From: Clostridiales bacterium
GTDB lineage: Bacteria; Bacillota; Desulfotomaculia; Desulfotomaculales; VENG01
Direction of reading: 5' to 3'
NCBI GenBank assembly: GCA_021736985.1
Contig: JAIPEW010000012.1
Span: 13,526 to 77,525 of the forward strand
Length of the DNA stretch: 64,000 nt
This document shows, in pieces, positions 63,591-64,000 of this stretch; within the stretch, counting starts at the first letter, position 1, and each line of letters starts with the position of its first letter. Made by a program: the position numbers and the translations under genes. The notes under the pieces were generated by a model, which made no database searches, was not told the DNA's origin, and worked only from the letters and a program-made list of their open reading frames with translations.

Positions 63591-63660
63591 CGCTCGTAGC
63601 AAAGGCTTATGCATGGCAAGCCAGTCTTGAACAAAAGGCGAAGGAGGTACGGAGTAGCTG

Positions 63661-64000
63661 ATGGCTAAGGCAGTTGGTAACATTGTACAGGTCATTGGCG
63701 TGGTTGTGGATATTCGATTTCCACCAGGTCAGGTACCTGAAATATTAAATGCAGTGAAAATAGAAAGTGAAGGGGACGAAAATTCTCCCAGTTTTGATTT
63801 GACACTGGAAGTCGCCCAGCACCTTGGTAATAATATAGTGCGCACCGTCGCCATGGACGCTACTGATGGATTGGTACGCGGCATGGAAGCATATGATACC
63901 GGGGCCCCTATTAGCGTTCCTGTAGGTAAGCCTGCCTTAGGGCGGGTCCTGAGCGTACTGGGTAAACCGGTTGATGGGCAAGGTGCTGTGGGAAGTGATG
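63661..64000 (+). CDS. atpD: ATP synthase F1 beta subunit (5' part, runs off the window)
   Basis: [20 protein letters not shown]...LEVAQHLG...TDGLVRG after atpG, GGAGG RBS. Confidence 0.96.
   Translation, partial: MAKAVGNIVQVIGVVVDIRFPPGQVPEILNAVKIESEGDENSPSFDLTLEVAQHLGNNIVRTVAMDATDGLVRGMEAYDTGAPISVPVGKPALGRVLSVLGKPVDGQGAVGSD

Overview
Core chromosomal region of a spore-forming, Gram-positive sulfate reducer (Desulfotomaculum-group Peptococcaceae-like, inferred from dsrABD/dsrMK/dsrN together with sleB-ypeB and spo0F). Almost all genes are on the + strand. In order: rpsF-ssb-rpsR, rplI-dnaB, purA, tRNA-Lys/tRNA-Glu, a SCIFF peptide and its radical SAM maturase, murA-rlmH, the dsr cluster, sleB-ypeB, a T-box ahead of an Lrp-aminotransferase pair, paaK-iorAB, argS, pyrG, fba-tal-rho, rpmE-prfA-prmC, rpiB-glyA, wecB and the F1Fo atp operon (cut off in atpD). 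No transposase, integrase or CRISPR array is visible. The most striking unexplained signal is a family of about 12 non-coding, TTAA-bounded elements (58-348 bp). They have conserved asymmetric ends and a long outer hairpin, they carry interchangeable internal modules, they form head-to-tail arrays that share one TTAA, and one array sits between a T-box and the genes it probably controls. Other candidates: non-canonical start codons on adjacent fba and tal, a missed 42-aa membrane peptide, a possible leader-peptide attenuator before paaK, sigma-H-like promoters ahead of the energy-metabolism operons, and an uncharacterised four-gene set embedded in the dsr cluster. All alignments and folds were read by eye.
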